64,000 bases of DNA, taken from a virus. The position numbers were made by a program, and so were the translations under genes. The stretch lies in IMG/VR virus record IMGVR_UViG_3300020469_000009; one strand, given 5' to 3'. The stretch's first letter is position 1. Each line of letters opens with the position of its first letter. Shown here one piece after another: positions 9,670-19,260 of this stretch. The notes under the pieces are model-generated. The model made no database searches and was not told the origin of the DNA. It worked only from the letters and a program-made list of their open reading frames with translations.

Positions 9670-9755
9670 GTATGTGACTCCTTAAGAATTCTTTATAGTT
9701 TATTTATTTTTTAACAATCTACTGAGGTTGTTTTTCCACAGTCCCTCTACAGTTC

Positions 9756-9763
9756 TATTTATA
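9756..9763 (-). promoter_or_regulatory. T4-type late promoter TATAAATA upstream of gp18 (second AATAAATA at 9701-9708)
   Basis: Perfect consensus in the gp17-gp18 intergenic region. Confidence 0.8.
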
Positions 9764-9774
9764 ATTGTCAATCA

Positions 9775-11616
9775 TTAGAAATTTGGGTCAAAGTTCTGAT
9801 AAACCTTGTCAAACCATTCTGGTTTTTCATCTTCATCTACATTAATTGGAGTCCATAAATCTCCTGATTGGTCCTTTTCGCCTAAATAAGTATCATTTTC
9901 AGACAACCATCCGATTGGCATATCATCTTTATCTTCTATTTTATCTTTATACATAAGTCGAGAAGCATTTAATTCAGTAAGTTCTTTCCAATGCTCACAA
10001 CCTGATGCCCACCCAAACAATACTAAACACATAACTAAATCATCATTTGTGCCTGGCTCTGCTGCAAATGATGAACCTGACTCACCTTTTCGTACAAAAG
10101 TTGTGAGTTCTACGTATATATCATAGTCTTCTACAATTAGTTTATCAGCTTCTATCAATGATTTTATATTAGAACAACCACTAGTTTTAACTGAATGTGA
10201 TGTAGTCACACCTAATTTTGCACTTGGACCACCACCTAATTGGTGTCCTGCTCTTCCTTTTGATGATGACCTTAATAAATTTTCATAACTTAATTCAAAA
10301 TGTAAGTCATTTAATACTTGTGCACCTAAATCATTTGCCTCAACTAACACATGCGCATCATTAAAATGTTTTCCTACATTAGATATAAATTGTGGTAATA
10401 CCATTGGTGATATTTCATTTGACCTAAATTTAGCTACAGCTTTATATGGAACAGTTGTAATATCAAACACTACAAATGCTGAATAATCTAATCGAATACC
10501 TCTAGCTGTATCACACACAAGAATATACTTATGACCTGGTTTTGGTTCCTCATGATAATCAACCTCTTCAAATGTTTTTACAGGTTCTACATATGACATA
10601 TTTTGTAATTTTGTAGGTGATATCAAAGTATTACTAGAGCCAATAAATTGACATTCAAATTCTTGTCTAAATTGGTCTTCTGATGTGTTGGCAATTTGTT
10701 CTTCTTTCCAGTTTTCGTCTCTGCCAGGCACATCCCACCAATTAATTTCAATAGGATTAAATTGTGACCTCTTTGCCGTAGCTTCTGTCCACATTTTATA
10801 GAAATGGTTCATACCTCTTGGTGTAGATACCACTATCATTTTTGTATCTGAACCAGATGAAATTGTAGGATATACTGAACGGAAAAAATCTTCAGCATCA
10901 TTTGGTGGTACGAATGCAAACTCATCTAAAAACAGTAATGAAAATGACATACCCCTTGCAGCTGAACCTGATGATGATGTTGCTATTACTTTACTGCCAT
11001 TTTCTAATGATATTGACCTTTTGTTCCAAGTAATAACACCTTGTTGCAACCAATACGGTAAATTTTCGTATGATAACTGTAATCTACCTAAAATCTCTTG
11101 GGCTAATTCTCCTTTGTTAGCAAGTATACCTACAGTTTTACCTGGATTAAAAAGTAAGAACCATAAAATGTATGCTACACTTGTGGTTGACTTACCACAC
11201 TGTCTAGGCAATTTAGCTATATTGAATCTGTTTTGATGAAAAGAAGATAACATATCTCTTTGAAAGTCATAAAGTGTAAATGGTATTTCACCAAAGTCTA
11301 CAGACATAATTTTCATGTATGACTCAGCAAAATAAATTGGGTCTTCCATACACTTCTTATATTCTCTTAATTGTTCAGGTGTATAGTCAACATTTTGATA
11401 TGCTGCTTTGATATTAGGATTACCAACATAATGAGAAGCTTTGATATCGTTCTCAAAGAGTTCTGGTTTTGTATCTCTTGTGGGTGTGTCTTTATATTTT
11501 CTACCGACTGCTAAAAATGCTAATAAGTCTTTTTTAGTTTCGAAGTAGTGGTCACCGAACTGTTTCCAGCCATCATGAAGCTTTGAGTCGTACTCCTTAT
11601 CACTAACATAGTTCAT
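9775..11616 (-). CDS. gp17: Terminase large subunit (gp17)
   Basis: Walker A PRQCGKS, Walker B LLFLDEFAF, STPRGMNHFY, nuclease DDLVM. Confidence 0.98.
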   Translation of the reverse strand: MNYVSDKEYDSKLHDGWKQFGDHYFETKKDLLAFLAVGRKYKDTPTRDTKPELFENDIKASHYVGNPNIKAAYQNVDYTPEQLREYKKCMEDPIYFAESYMKIMSVDFGEIPFTLYDFQRDMLSSFHQNRFNIAKLPRQCGKSTTSVAYILWFLLFNPGKTVGILANKGELAQEILGRLQLSYENLPYWLQQGVITWNKRSISLENGSKVIATSSSGSAARGMSFSLLFLDEFAFVPPNDAEDFFRSVYPTISSGSDTKMIVVSTPRGMNHFYKMWTEATAKRSQFNPIEINWWDVPGRDENWKEEQIANTSEDQFRQEFECQFIGSSNTLISPTKLQNMSYVEPVKTFEEVDYHEEPKPGHKYILVCDTARGIRLDYSAFVVFDITTVPYKAVAKFRSNEISPMVLPQFISNVGKHFNDAHVLVEANDLGAQVLNDLHFELSYENLLRSSSKGRAGHQLGGGPSAKLGVTTSHSVKTSGCSNIKSLIEADKLIVEDYDIYVELTTFVRKGESGSSFAAEPGTNDDLVMCLVLFGWASGCEHWKELTELNASRLMYKDKIEDKDDMPIGWLSENDTYLGEKDQSGDLWTPINVDEDEKPEWFDKVYQNFDPNF

Positions 11617-11620
11617 AGGA

Positions 11621-12007
11621 TTACTCTTTACCTAATAGCTCTAACAAATCTTTGGTATTTAGTTTTACATTTAGATTGTTATTCGTCACATTGCTATCTT
11701 TTGTCACACCTTTATTAATTTTCTCCACACGAATGTGATGGTCCATTAGTTGGCCTGCAATATTACCTAGCGTTTGTGCCGTATTAGATGCTACTTCAAT
11801 GGCTCGCGGGTGCTCGGACTCCTGCGCGAGTTGAACAGCACTATCAAGTACATCTTGAAGTCTCTCGCTTGCAGCGTACAGGACTTCCCTGGCATACTCG
11901 TAGTCATCTTGACGATGTTGTACTAATTTGGCTACTTGACCTTTGGTATCTTTTACCTCGGTATCTAGTTCAGTTAGTTGCTTTTTTTCATCTCCATTTT
12001 TTTCCAT
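11621..12007 (-). CDS. gp16: Terminase small subunit (gp16)
   Basis: DDYEYAR...AQESEHPRAIEV motif; immediately upstream of gp17. Confidence 0.88.
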   Translation of the reverse strand: MEKNGDEKKQLTELDTEVKDTKGQVAKLVQHRQDDYEYAREVLYAASERLQDVLDSAVQLAQESEHPRAIEVASNTAQTLGNIAGQLMDHHIRVEKINKGVTKDSNVTNNNLNVKLNTKDLLELLGKE

Positions 12008-12011
12008 ACTC

Positions 12012-12028
12012 TATTTATAGTATAAGTA
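12012..12028. promoter_or_regulatory. Back-to-back late promoters: TATAAATA (-, gp16) and TATAAGTA (+, enzyme island)
   Basis: Each sits exactly 4 nt from its ATG (12007 and 12033). Confidence 0.75.
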
Positions 12029-12032
12029 TAAT

Positions 12033-12611
12033 ATGAATAAGGACGATTTTGTAATTGAATTACCTGGATTTGAATTTGATAAAGATAGATTGATAGACTT
12101 TATGAATTCAGATGTATTAGGTGATTGGAGAGAGCTAAACCATTTTCCTATGAAAGGGCTAAGTAATGAATTTAATCTTGGTGGTACTTTTCTTATGGAA
12201 GGTGGTGGTTATATGTTAAAAGAATTAGAGACAAAACATGTTGACCATGTACGTCATATATATGACCAAGTAAATCCAAATATATTATTGTGGGCAAAGA
12301 TGGCTTTAAAACCAGCAAACTTTTTAAAATATCCACCCTATATGAAATTAGCAAAACATAAAGATAGATTAAGAACAGGTAGTATTCACTTTCCATTAGG
12401 ACCAGGTGAACCTACTAATTTTTATGATGATGACTATAATTTAATATATCAACATGAACATAATGGTAATCCAGTTATTATGCACACTCACAAATATTTT
12501 CATGGTGTGGATAATAAAGATAAAGAAAGATATTGTTTTCAAATCACACTAAAACATGATTGGGAATTATTACATGAATGGAATGCGAATGGAACTCTCT
12601 ATACAAGTTGA
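12033..12611 (+). CDS. Putative Fe(II)/2-oxoglutarate-dependent oxygenase (cupin fold)
   Basis: HxD (KHKD), distal His (YFHGVDN) and downstream Arg (ERYCFQI). Confidence 0.7.
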   Translation: MNKDDFVIELPGFEFDKDRLIDFMNSDVLGDWRELNHFPMKGLSNEFNLGGTFLMEGGGYMLKELETKHVDHVRHIYDQVNPNILLWAKMALKPANFLKYPPYMKLAKHKDRLRTGSIHFPLGPGEPTNFYDDDYNLIYQHEHNGNPVIMHTHKYFHGVDNKDKERYCFQITLKHDWELLHEWNANGTLYTS

Positions 12612-13146
12612 ATCAGTAGACCCTACTCAAATGAACTCTATGCAAATGTTAGAGCTGTTTGAATTTTGTGCTGAAGCCTCTCAAGAAGATTTGCCACCAG
12701 CAAAAAATATGGAAGTAAAAGATTATGAAAATAAACCAGAAACTTTATTACATAAATTATGGATATCAAAAGAATATGATAGATTGTTTTTAGGTTGGCA
12801 AGGAGAAAGATTAGTTGGTATTTCAGCCTGTTATAGGTTAAATAAAAAGGTTATGATATGTGGTTGCCGTTCTTGGACAGTACCAGATATGAGAACTAAA
12901 TATGTTCATGGTAATCATATATTTCCAGAACAATTTAAGTATGCCAAAAATGAAGGATGTCATGCAGCTTGGTTTACTTTTAATGATTATAATGTATGGC
13001 TATACAAATTTTTAAAAAGAATAAGTGAAGGTAAAGCTACAGCATTTGGTATGAAAAATTCAGATACATATAAAGATATGACATTTGTACCTGGTCAGAT
13101 GTTAATAAAAAATACTACTCAAATGGTTGCTATAAAAAAATTATGA
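12556..13146 (+). CDS. GNAT-like acyl/acetyltransferase (true start probably ATG 12589)
   Basis: LFLGWQGERLVGISAC, WTVPDMR, AKNEGCHAAWFTFNDYN resemble GNAT motifs D/A/B. Confidence 0.55.
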   Translation: MIGNYYMNGMRMELSIQVESVDPTQMNSMQMLELFEFCAEASQEDLPPAKNMEVKDYENKPETLLHKLWISKEYDRLFLGWQGERLVGISACYRLNKKVMICGCRSWTVPDMRTKYVHGNHIFPEQFKYAKNEGCHAAWFTFNDYNVWLYKFLKRISEGKATAFGMKNSDTYKDMTFVPGQMLIKNTTQMVAIKKL

Positions 13147-13883
13147 TACCCGTATTTGCTCCATTAAAAGAACAATTAGATTTTAGTGAACACAAAATTG
13201 TGGAAGAACTATTAGCTACTCATATTGATAAACATAGTGTATTAGCTACAACTACATTTGAAGATGGACAATCTAGATGGAAAGGCGTAATGTCTTTTGA
13301 AGATGAAAAATTTGCTAAAACAAAAGACGTAATTCATTATGAAGATTCAAGTGATACACATCGGTCTATAATTAGAGGAATGGACACGTTTTGGATGACT
13401 AATCTTACTTATCATGATGACCGTTCAAAATATGAAAGTTGGGATTATCATAGAACAATACCATTGTGGGTAGAACATCAACATCCTTGGAAGTTCAGAG
13501 AAGATTTAAACATTCCTTATACTCAAGCTGTAATTCAAATGTTGCCATTTGAATATGTCACAACAGTAAGATGTATTTTACAGCAACCACCATCAATTGG
13601 TGTAATACACGCTGATTCTGGTAAGAAAATGAATCAACAATATTATGCTGATGGCAATGGTTCTATAACTTTAAATGTTTTAGCCGGTGGTGCTAATCTT
13701 TGGGTTGAAACAGATACTGGTGAAAAAATGATTGATGAATCTAAATGGAAGGTTTGGCATTTTGATGATTCAAATCCGCATTGTACCACAGAGACAAAAT
13801 CAAGAAGAATACAAATAAGAGTATTTGGAAAATTGAAATCAGACTATACAGAATTGCTAGACTTAGAACACGCCTTATTATAA
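13143..13883 (+). CDS. Asp/Asn beta-hydroxylase-like Fe(II)/2OG oxygenase
   Basis: VRCILQQPPSIGVIHAD (HxD), WHFDDSNPH (cf. FDDS..H of the AspH family), RRIQI. Confidence 0.7.
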   Translation: MIPVFAPLKEQLDFSEHKIVEELLATHIDKHSVLATTTFEDGQSRWKGVMSFEDEKFAKTKDVIHYEDSSDTHRSIIRGMDTFWMTNLTYHDDRSKYESWDYHRTIPLWVEHQHPWKFREDLNIPYTQAVIQMLPFEYVTTVRCILQQPPSIGVIHADSGKKMNQQYYADGNGSITLNVLAGGANLWVETDTGEKMIDESKWKVWHFDDSNPHCTTETKSRRIQIRVFGKLKSDYTELLDLEHALL

Positions 13884-13904
13884 GTGATTGATTTCTTATA
13901 ATAA

Positions 13905-13950
13905 AAAAGTGAAAAAAAACCTTTACAATGACCTTGTTTTATGATAAGAT
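13905..13950 (+). promoter_or_regulatory. Sigma70-type (early) promoter with UP-like A tract
   Basis: TTTACA (13922-13927), 17 bp spacer ending in TGn, TAAGAT (13945-13950). A tracts upstream; AGGAG SD at 13968-13972. Confidence 0.75.
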
Positions 13951-13980
13951 AACATCATAAATTAAACAGGAGCAAACTAT

Positions 13981-14187
13981 ATGTCTAACACTATCACTTC
14001 AGAATTCGCTTTTCACAACACACACCCAAAAGATTTATTCCCCATATTTGACAATTTCAATATAGTATTTTTTAAATTTTTGGATATTTCGGACCAAGGG
14101 GCTTTAGTTTTTCAACTAACTTTTTCATCCAAAATTGACTTTCAAAACTTCAATAATTTCCTCAAAGGGGACAATTCAAATTATTAA
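13981..14187 (+). CDS. Small Phe-rich hypothetical protein (68 aa), probably early-expressed
   Basis: Own sigma70 promoter and strong SD; stop overlaps that of the convergent gene. Confidence 0.65.
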   Translation: MSNTITSEFAFHNTHPKDLFPIFDNFNIVFFKFLDISDQGALVFQLTFSSKIDFQNFNNFLKGDNSNY

Positions 14188-15200
14188 ACCGGTTTAGCCT
14201 TTGGCGAAAACGCTTTAGGATATACAGCAACTCTTGAATTTTTAATTCCAGCACTATTTCTGTTATTTCTAAAACCTGCTACATAAGTAGGTTCATATTC
14301 ACCACCAGGAATTTGTGGATTAATAATTTTATGATTTGAAACTATTTCGTATGTATCACCTTTTTTCTTTAAAGTCATTGGACCTTGATGAAATTCATCT
14401 ACATTATATGGTGAAGGTTTTTTACCTGCTTCTGGTCCATACACAGTATTCTTTTTTACAGTTGGGTCTTTTACGGTTCTTTTAAATGCATCTCCACTTC
14501 GTAATCCATCAGGTCTTTCATCTTTTACAGCATCTATAAAGTCTTGAGCTTTTTTATTTTTCTTTAATTTTGGGTCTTTTGAAATTCCACCATACTGCAT
14601 AAAATTTTTTGGTCCAGTTCCGTCTTTATGTGATATAAATCCAACTTGAGTTCTACCGTCTACACCTAAAAGACAAAAGTCTGACTTAGGCACTTTATCA
14701 CCACGATAAGGTGGTTGTGAAATAATGTCTGATGCTTTTACTATTCTTTTACCAACTTTAATATTTAGATAAGGTGTTCCATCTTTATCCATAGCAGCAT
14801 GAAACAAATTATGAAATGCAGTTAAAGCCATATTTTCTTTTGCAGTAGATTTGCCCTTGGGAACGCCACCTAAGTCTGGAGATTTGTAAAAGTCTTTCTC
14901 TTTACCCATATACATAGGTTCACCTTTGTAAAAGAATTTCACCGCACCTTGGTTTCTGATAGGTTGTTCTAGAGTTTGTTGCATAGATTGTACACCATGC
15001 TCTACACCATTTACTTCTATTTTTTTATCTAAAACAATTAGACCTTTTGTAGTTAAAAACTCTTTTCCATCTTTAATTTTTTGAATAATAATAGGTAAAC
15101 GACCTTTTCTCTTAGAATCAGCTAAGTCTAACCAAGTAAATTCTGGTTTAGAAGCTTCATCTAAAAATTCATTAAATTTTTTGTGTATTTTTGTTTTCAT
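14184..15200 (-). CDS. Putative PD-(D/E)XK-type nuclease with a capsid-targeting-like N-terminus
   Basis: PKSDF...GFISHKDG resembles a restriction-endonuclease-like catalytic core. N-terminal KKFNEFLDEA resembles the T4 internal-protein targeting peptide. Confidence 0.5.
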   Translation of the reverse strand: MKTKIHKKFNEFLDEASKPEFTWLDLADSKRKGRLPIIIQKIKDGKEFLTTKGLIVLDKKIEVNGVEHGVQSMQQTLEQPIRNQGAVKFFYKGEPMYMGKEKDFYKSPDLGGVPKGKSTAKENMALTAFHNLFHAAMDKDGTPYLNIKVGKRIVKASDIISQPPYRGDKVPKSDFCLLGVDGRTQVGFISHKDGTGPKNFMQYGGISKDPKLKKNKKAQDFIDAVKDERPDGLRSGDAFKRTVKDPTVKKNTVYGPEAGKKPSPYNVDEFHQGPMTLKKKGDTYEIVSNHKIINPQIPGGEYEPTYVAGFRNNRNSAGIKNSRVAVYPKAFSPKAKPV

Positions 15201-15981
15201 TTTTCCTCAATAACATTATAAATGGTTTTACTGGGTCTACCTCCCACCATTTTTCTCCAGGAAATGCATTACCTGGTCTATGGTGATGGTTGTTATGCCA
15301 ATTTTCTCCTAATGCTATTGGTAGCATCCAAGGTGTATTTTTGCTATCTTCTCCAGTATCATAAGTTCTATATCCACTCATATGATTCCAATAATTACTC
15401 ATATTAGTACTAAATACACTCATGAATCCTGGCACAACACCTAAGAATAATAATGCATTAAGTCCGCCAAAAGCGAAAAGCAAAGCATAGTAAGACAGAA
15501 TAATAAGATGATACCAATCGTGAAAAACAACCTGCACTTTATCTCTAATCATATGACGACCATACATTAAAGCTGCACTTGGTTTGTCTCTAAACAATTT
15601 ATCATCATAGAACGAAAACAAGATTTTAAATCCATGTTCGTGAGGACTATGTGGATCATAGCCTTTATCTGTATAATGGTGGTGCTGTCTATGCATCATC
15701 ACCCACGCTAATGGCGAACCGGTATTTGCGAGTATGCCAAGTAAGGAAAAAGCATACTCGACTATCTTATAAGTCTTAAAAGACCTATGAGACAATAGTC
15801 TATGATATGTAAAATTAATTCCCAAAGCTATTATTGCAAACCACATAGCAAATGCTGCTACCCACCAACCAGTTGCAACTGGTAAAGTTATGGCATAAAT
15901 AACTCCGGCTAAAAGAATGAGATGCTGATATGGAAACCATTCAGACCTCGGACGCATATATTGTTTAATTAAGTTTATCAT
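15172..15981 (-). CDS. Membrane fatty-acid desaturase (delta-9, DesC/OLE1-like)
   Basis: Three His boxes (HRLLSH, HRQHH, HNNHH), GENWHNNHH, D.DPHSP, hydrophobic segments. Confidence 0.93.
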   Translation of the reverse strand: MINLIKQYMRPRSEWFPYQHLILLAGVIYAITLPVATGWWVAAFAMWFAIIALGINFTYHRLLSHRSFKTYKIVEYAFSLLGILANTGSPLAWVMMHRQHHHYTDKGYDPHSPHEHGFKILFSFYDDKLFRDKPSAALMYGRHMIRDKVQVVFHDWYHLIILSYYALLFAFGGLNALLFLGVVPGFMSVFSTNMSNYWNHMSGYRTYDTGEDSKNTPWMLPIALGENWHNNHHHRPGNAFPGEKWWEVDPVKPFIMLLRKNENKNTQKI

Positions 15982-15985
15982 AAAT

Positions 15986-16005
15986 TATTTATTCCGCTAT
16001 AAATA
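15986..16005. promoter_or_regulatory. Back-to-back late promoters: AATAAATA (-, desaturase) and TATAAATA (+, GNAT-to-hydroxylase operon)
   Basis: Located at 15986-15993 (-) and 15998-16005 (+). Confidence 0.8.
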
Positions 16006-16015
16006 TATTTTTATT

Positions 16016-16705
16016 ATGGGAACAATAATGCGTCAACTTTCTATTGAAGACAAAGACCAAGTCTACGACCTAATGATGCGTAGATATATTCAATTGTCTA
16101 AATCACCAGTTCAATCCAGAAGCAATGAAAATGTTCAAGAACAATATGACCTATTCATAGATGAACATATGAATTTTCAATGGACTGATGGCCTCCCTAA
16201 TGAGGTTAACAAGGGCAGGGCTTTCGGTGTATTCCATGATGAAGAATTAATGGTAATACTCACACAAAAATTCTCAACAACTAGAATGCCATCTTGGTAT
16301 GTGGGTAATATGATTTCTTGTCCATCACTGAAGAGTTATAAAACTGTTGCTGAATATACTGCTAAGTTATTAGATATGGCTGTATCAGATGCAGAAAAAT
16401 ATGGGTATACTCAGTTTTATTGGGTCACTTCCACAAAAGGATGGAATAAAAGAGAACAACTTTGGTATAACTATAGTGATACCTTTAAAAGGTATAATGT
16501 CTTTATTGAGAATGTAATACCAGCAAACACTGAACCTAAGTTTGATTATGAAAAAGTTATTACTGGTTATAGGAAACATCCAATAGATTTGGCAATTAAG
16601 TCAGCAAGAATAAAGCCACATCTAAGACATGAAACATTTAAAGAGTATTTAAAAGTAGATTATGTACCATTGCAGGATTTAGATAATGAGTTTGGAAAAA
16701 GTTAA
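16016..16705 (+). CDS. GNAT-like protein
   Basis: MRQLSIEDKDQV, RAFGVFHDEELM, KLLDMAVSDAEKYGYTQFYW pattern. Confidence 0.5.
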   Translation: MGTIMRQLSIEDKDQVYDLMMRRYIQLSKSPVQSRSNENVQEQYDLFIDEHMNFQWTDGLPNEVNKGRAFGVFHDEELMVILTQKFSTTRMPSWYVGNMISCPSLKSYKTVAEYTAKLLDMAVSDAEKYGYTQFYWVTSTKGWNKREQLWYNYSDTFKRYNVFIENVIPANTEPKFDYEKVITGYRKHPIDLAIKSARIKPHLRHETFKEYLKVDYVPLQDLDNEFGKS

Positions 16706-17294
16706 AATATTAGATGATAGCTGGAAAGAACCAGTAAAAGAATTACTAAAACTTAGAGATACCCATAGTGGTATGTCAAAAGAATCTATAGATTTTGATA
16801 ATATTTGGAGTGACGAATATTTAAACAAATACTTTGATCCAAATGAACCATATTTTCTATGGGGATATATTGATGATGGAAAATTAACTAGTATGTGTGG
16901 TGTATATAAATGGAAACTTATTCCAAGATGCACAACTACAATTTTTGTATCTGATTATTCAGTTGGCATGGGCATATTTGCTATTGTAGAAGATATGTGG
17001 AAAGTTCATTTCAAGTGGATGTTAGATAATGGTATCACACAGGGATTTACTTTTTCAGATGCAGAAACTACTCTTGATGCAGTCACAGCAAAAACAAGAA
17101 TACAAAAAGCTAAAAAGAAACTATTACAAAGAGCTGGTGATAATCGATGGTTTACACAAGTAGAAGAAGTAGTAAAAGCAAATACAGATACGTCTTGGAC
17201 AGGATTTAAAATTATAACTGGTAATCGTAAATGGCCAGTTGATATGGTAATTAAAAGCTACACTTACACAGGAAATTGGTTTGAAAAAGACTGA
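16686..17294 (+). CDS. GNAT-like protein, likely paralog of 16016-16705
   Basis: FLWGYIDDGKLTSM; C-terminal VEEVVKANT...IITGNRKWPVDMVIK parallels IENVIPANT...VITGYRKHPIDLAIK of the upstream gene. Confidence 0.5.
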   Translation: MSLEKVKILDDSWKEPVKELLKLRDTHSGMSKESIDFDNIWSDEYLNKYFDPNEPYFLWGYIDDGKLTSMCGVYKWKLIPRCTTTIFVSDYSVGMGIFAIVEDMWKVHFKWMLDNGITQGFTFSDAETTLDAVTAKTRIQKAKKKLLQRAGDNRWFTQVEEVVKANTDTSWTGFKIITGNRKWPVDMVIKSYTYTGNWFEKD

Positions 17295-18291
17295 GGATAT
17301 TATATCATTGGCAAATGGTAAACCTATTGCAGTCACAGGTAATGGTCGGTGTGGTACATCATTCATAAATAGACAATTATACAGACATGCAGTTATTAAT
17401 AGTTCAGAACCTCAGGGCTTTTTAGAAGAATTCATGAGACTTTCCAGAGGTATATATGAATATCAATGGGAACCTATACCAAGAGTAAAAGATTTTAGCC
17501 AGGAATCAGCTTATACTGGTTATTTGTTTTCTGCTCTTAGTAATAAAAGCAATAAAAAATATTCAGGATTTAATTTAACAACTGATGAAGCTTTAGAATA
17601 TTTAAGACCAAGAATAGAAAAACTGAAAAAGCATGGGTTAGATAATCTACATTTAAAAATTTTTCCAATAGATTTTTGTGTATTACATAAAATTGATGAA
17701 GAGTTTTGTAAAGAATTATTGCATCACTACCATTGGATATTTTTGTATAGAGAAGATTGGAAAGATGCATTTTCAAGTCTTTTATTTGGTGCAACTAGAG
17801 ACAAGTTTCATTTCTATGATGATGAAGATATTATGAATACCGATACTTGGAAATATGGTGGGGCGAAAGATGCAAAGAGTTTTGTAAATCCTTATACCGC
17901 AACTGCAATAATGGACCAATCTTATGGTATGATAAATTCTATATTTACAAAAGAAATCTCTTGTTCTATAATAGAGATGAAAGAAATTCAAGAAATACCA
18001 GACAATCATGCTGAGTTTTTAAATACAAACTGTCCATATAAACCAAATGATTTTTGGACACAATCACCAAAAATGTTTAGCAATAAAAAAGAGTTTACCA
18101 ATCAAGCTTTAATAAACTTAGATAAAGCTACAGATAAAGCTGAAAAAAGACTCAAACAACTAGTTGCTGGTTCAAATGGATTGATGACTTTAGATGGTGA
18201 CTCTTTGAGAATGGATGATTCAAAATTAAGAGATGGTAAACCTTATTTAGAGTATAATATAGGTACACCATTTTTGGAGTATAATATTTAG
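17281..18291 (+). CDS. Putative PAPS-dependent sulfotransferase (Stf0/LpsS-like)
   Basis: 5'-PSB-like loop IAVTGNGRCGTSF and 3'-PB-like WIFLYREDWKDAFSS. Confidence 0.6.
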   Translation: MKKTEDIISLANGKPIAVTGNGRCGTSFINRQLYRHAVINSSEPQGFLEEFMRLSRGIYEYQWEPIPRVKDFSQESAYTGYLFSALSNKSNKKYSGFNLTTDEALEYLRPRIEKLKKHGLDNLHLKIFPIDFCVLHKIDEEFCKELLHHYHWIFLYREDWKDAFSSLLFGATRDKFHFYDDEDIMNTDTWKYGGAKDAKSFVNPYTATAIMDQSYGMINSIFTKEISCSIIEMKEIQEIPDNHAEFLNTNCPYKPNDFWTQSPKMFSNKKEFTNQALINLDKATDKAEKRLKQLVAGSNGLMTLDGDSLRMDDSKLRDGKPYLEYNIGTPFLEYNI

Positions 18292-19260
18292 ATGGAACAT
18301 TTTTACACACACAATAATCATTTTAAGTGGGGATATAATAAGAAATGGTTTACACAAAGACAAAAACCTCAAGACAGATATACTGTTGAATTTGGTGTTG
18401 TTGATAATCCTTTGGATTTTAAACAAGAGTGTTATAGAGCTGCAAGATTAATTGATGAGTATGCTTATGGTGTGGGTACTTCTATTGAACTTATGTTTAG
18501 TGGTGGTTCAGAATCTGAAGTAATGCTTCGTTCTTTCATAGACCAAGATATAAGAGTCAATATTAATATTATGACTTATGACCCACATTTGAATTTACAT
18601 GATATATCTCATGCAATAGTATTTTGTGAAACAAATAATTTAGATTATGTACTTCATGAAGTACCAATATTACAGTGGTTGCATGAAGAAGGTCTTAAAT
18701 ATGGGTCACTATCACAGTCTATTTCACCAAGAATTCTGCCCCACATGCTGCTTATGGAGAGACTAAGTGAAGGTATACCAGTCATGGGAATGGGTGAATG
18801 TTATATTGCACATGGAAATTTAAAACAATACTATGATTTAGTGGACGGTAAAATTATGCGAAATACTAAAGATGATTATGAACCAGCACCTTGGTATTTT
18901 TATGAAAGAGAAAAAATTAATAGTTGGTATCGATTTGCACAAAAACAAAACATTAAAGCAATACCAGGATTTTTCCAATATACACCAGAACTTATGTATG
19001 CTTTCCTTGATGAAGAAATGACAAAGCAATTAGCAATGAATAATTGGCCTGGTAAATTATCTAACACTAGTACTAAAAAAGAAATATATTCAAAACACTT
19101 TCCTGGAATACTACAAAAGAGAAAGTACGATGGATTTGAACAATTAGCTAAAATGGATAATCAATTAAGACCTACATTACAAAGTGAGTATGGCGACTAT
19201 TCTCAAGAAGTAAAAATTGAATATAATGAATTAATAAAACAACTGGAAGGCGATAAATGA
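18292..19260 (+). CDS. PP-loop (adenine nucleotide alpha-hydrolase / asparagine-synthetase-like) enzyme
   Basis: LMFSGGSESE, a variant of SGGxDS; later VMGMGE. Confidence 0.6.
   Translation: MEHFYTHNNHFKWGYNKKWFTQRQKPQDRYTVEFGVVDNPLDFKQECYRAARLIDEYAYGVGTSIELMFSGGSESEVMLRSFIDQDIRVNINIMTYDPHLNLHDISHAIVFCETNNLDYVLHEVPILQWLHEEGLKYGSLSQSISPRILPHMLLMERLSEGIPVMGMGECYIAHGNLKQYYDLVDGKIMRNTKDDYEPAPWYFYEREKINSWYRFAQKQNIKAIPGFFQYTPELMYAFLDEEMTKQLAMNNWPGKLSNTSTKKEIYSKHFPGILQKRKYDGFEQLAKMDNQLRPTLQSEYGDYSQEVKIEYNELIKQLEGDK

Noticed and set aside
9713-9735. Hairpin AACAATCT-ACTG-AGGTTGTT upstream of gp18
   Set aside because: Weak stem, with the U-run only on the non-coding strand; cannot be called a terminator.
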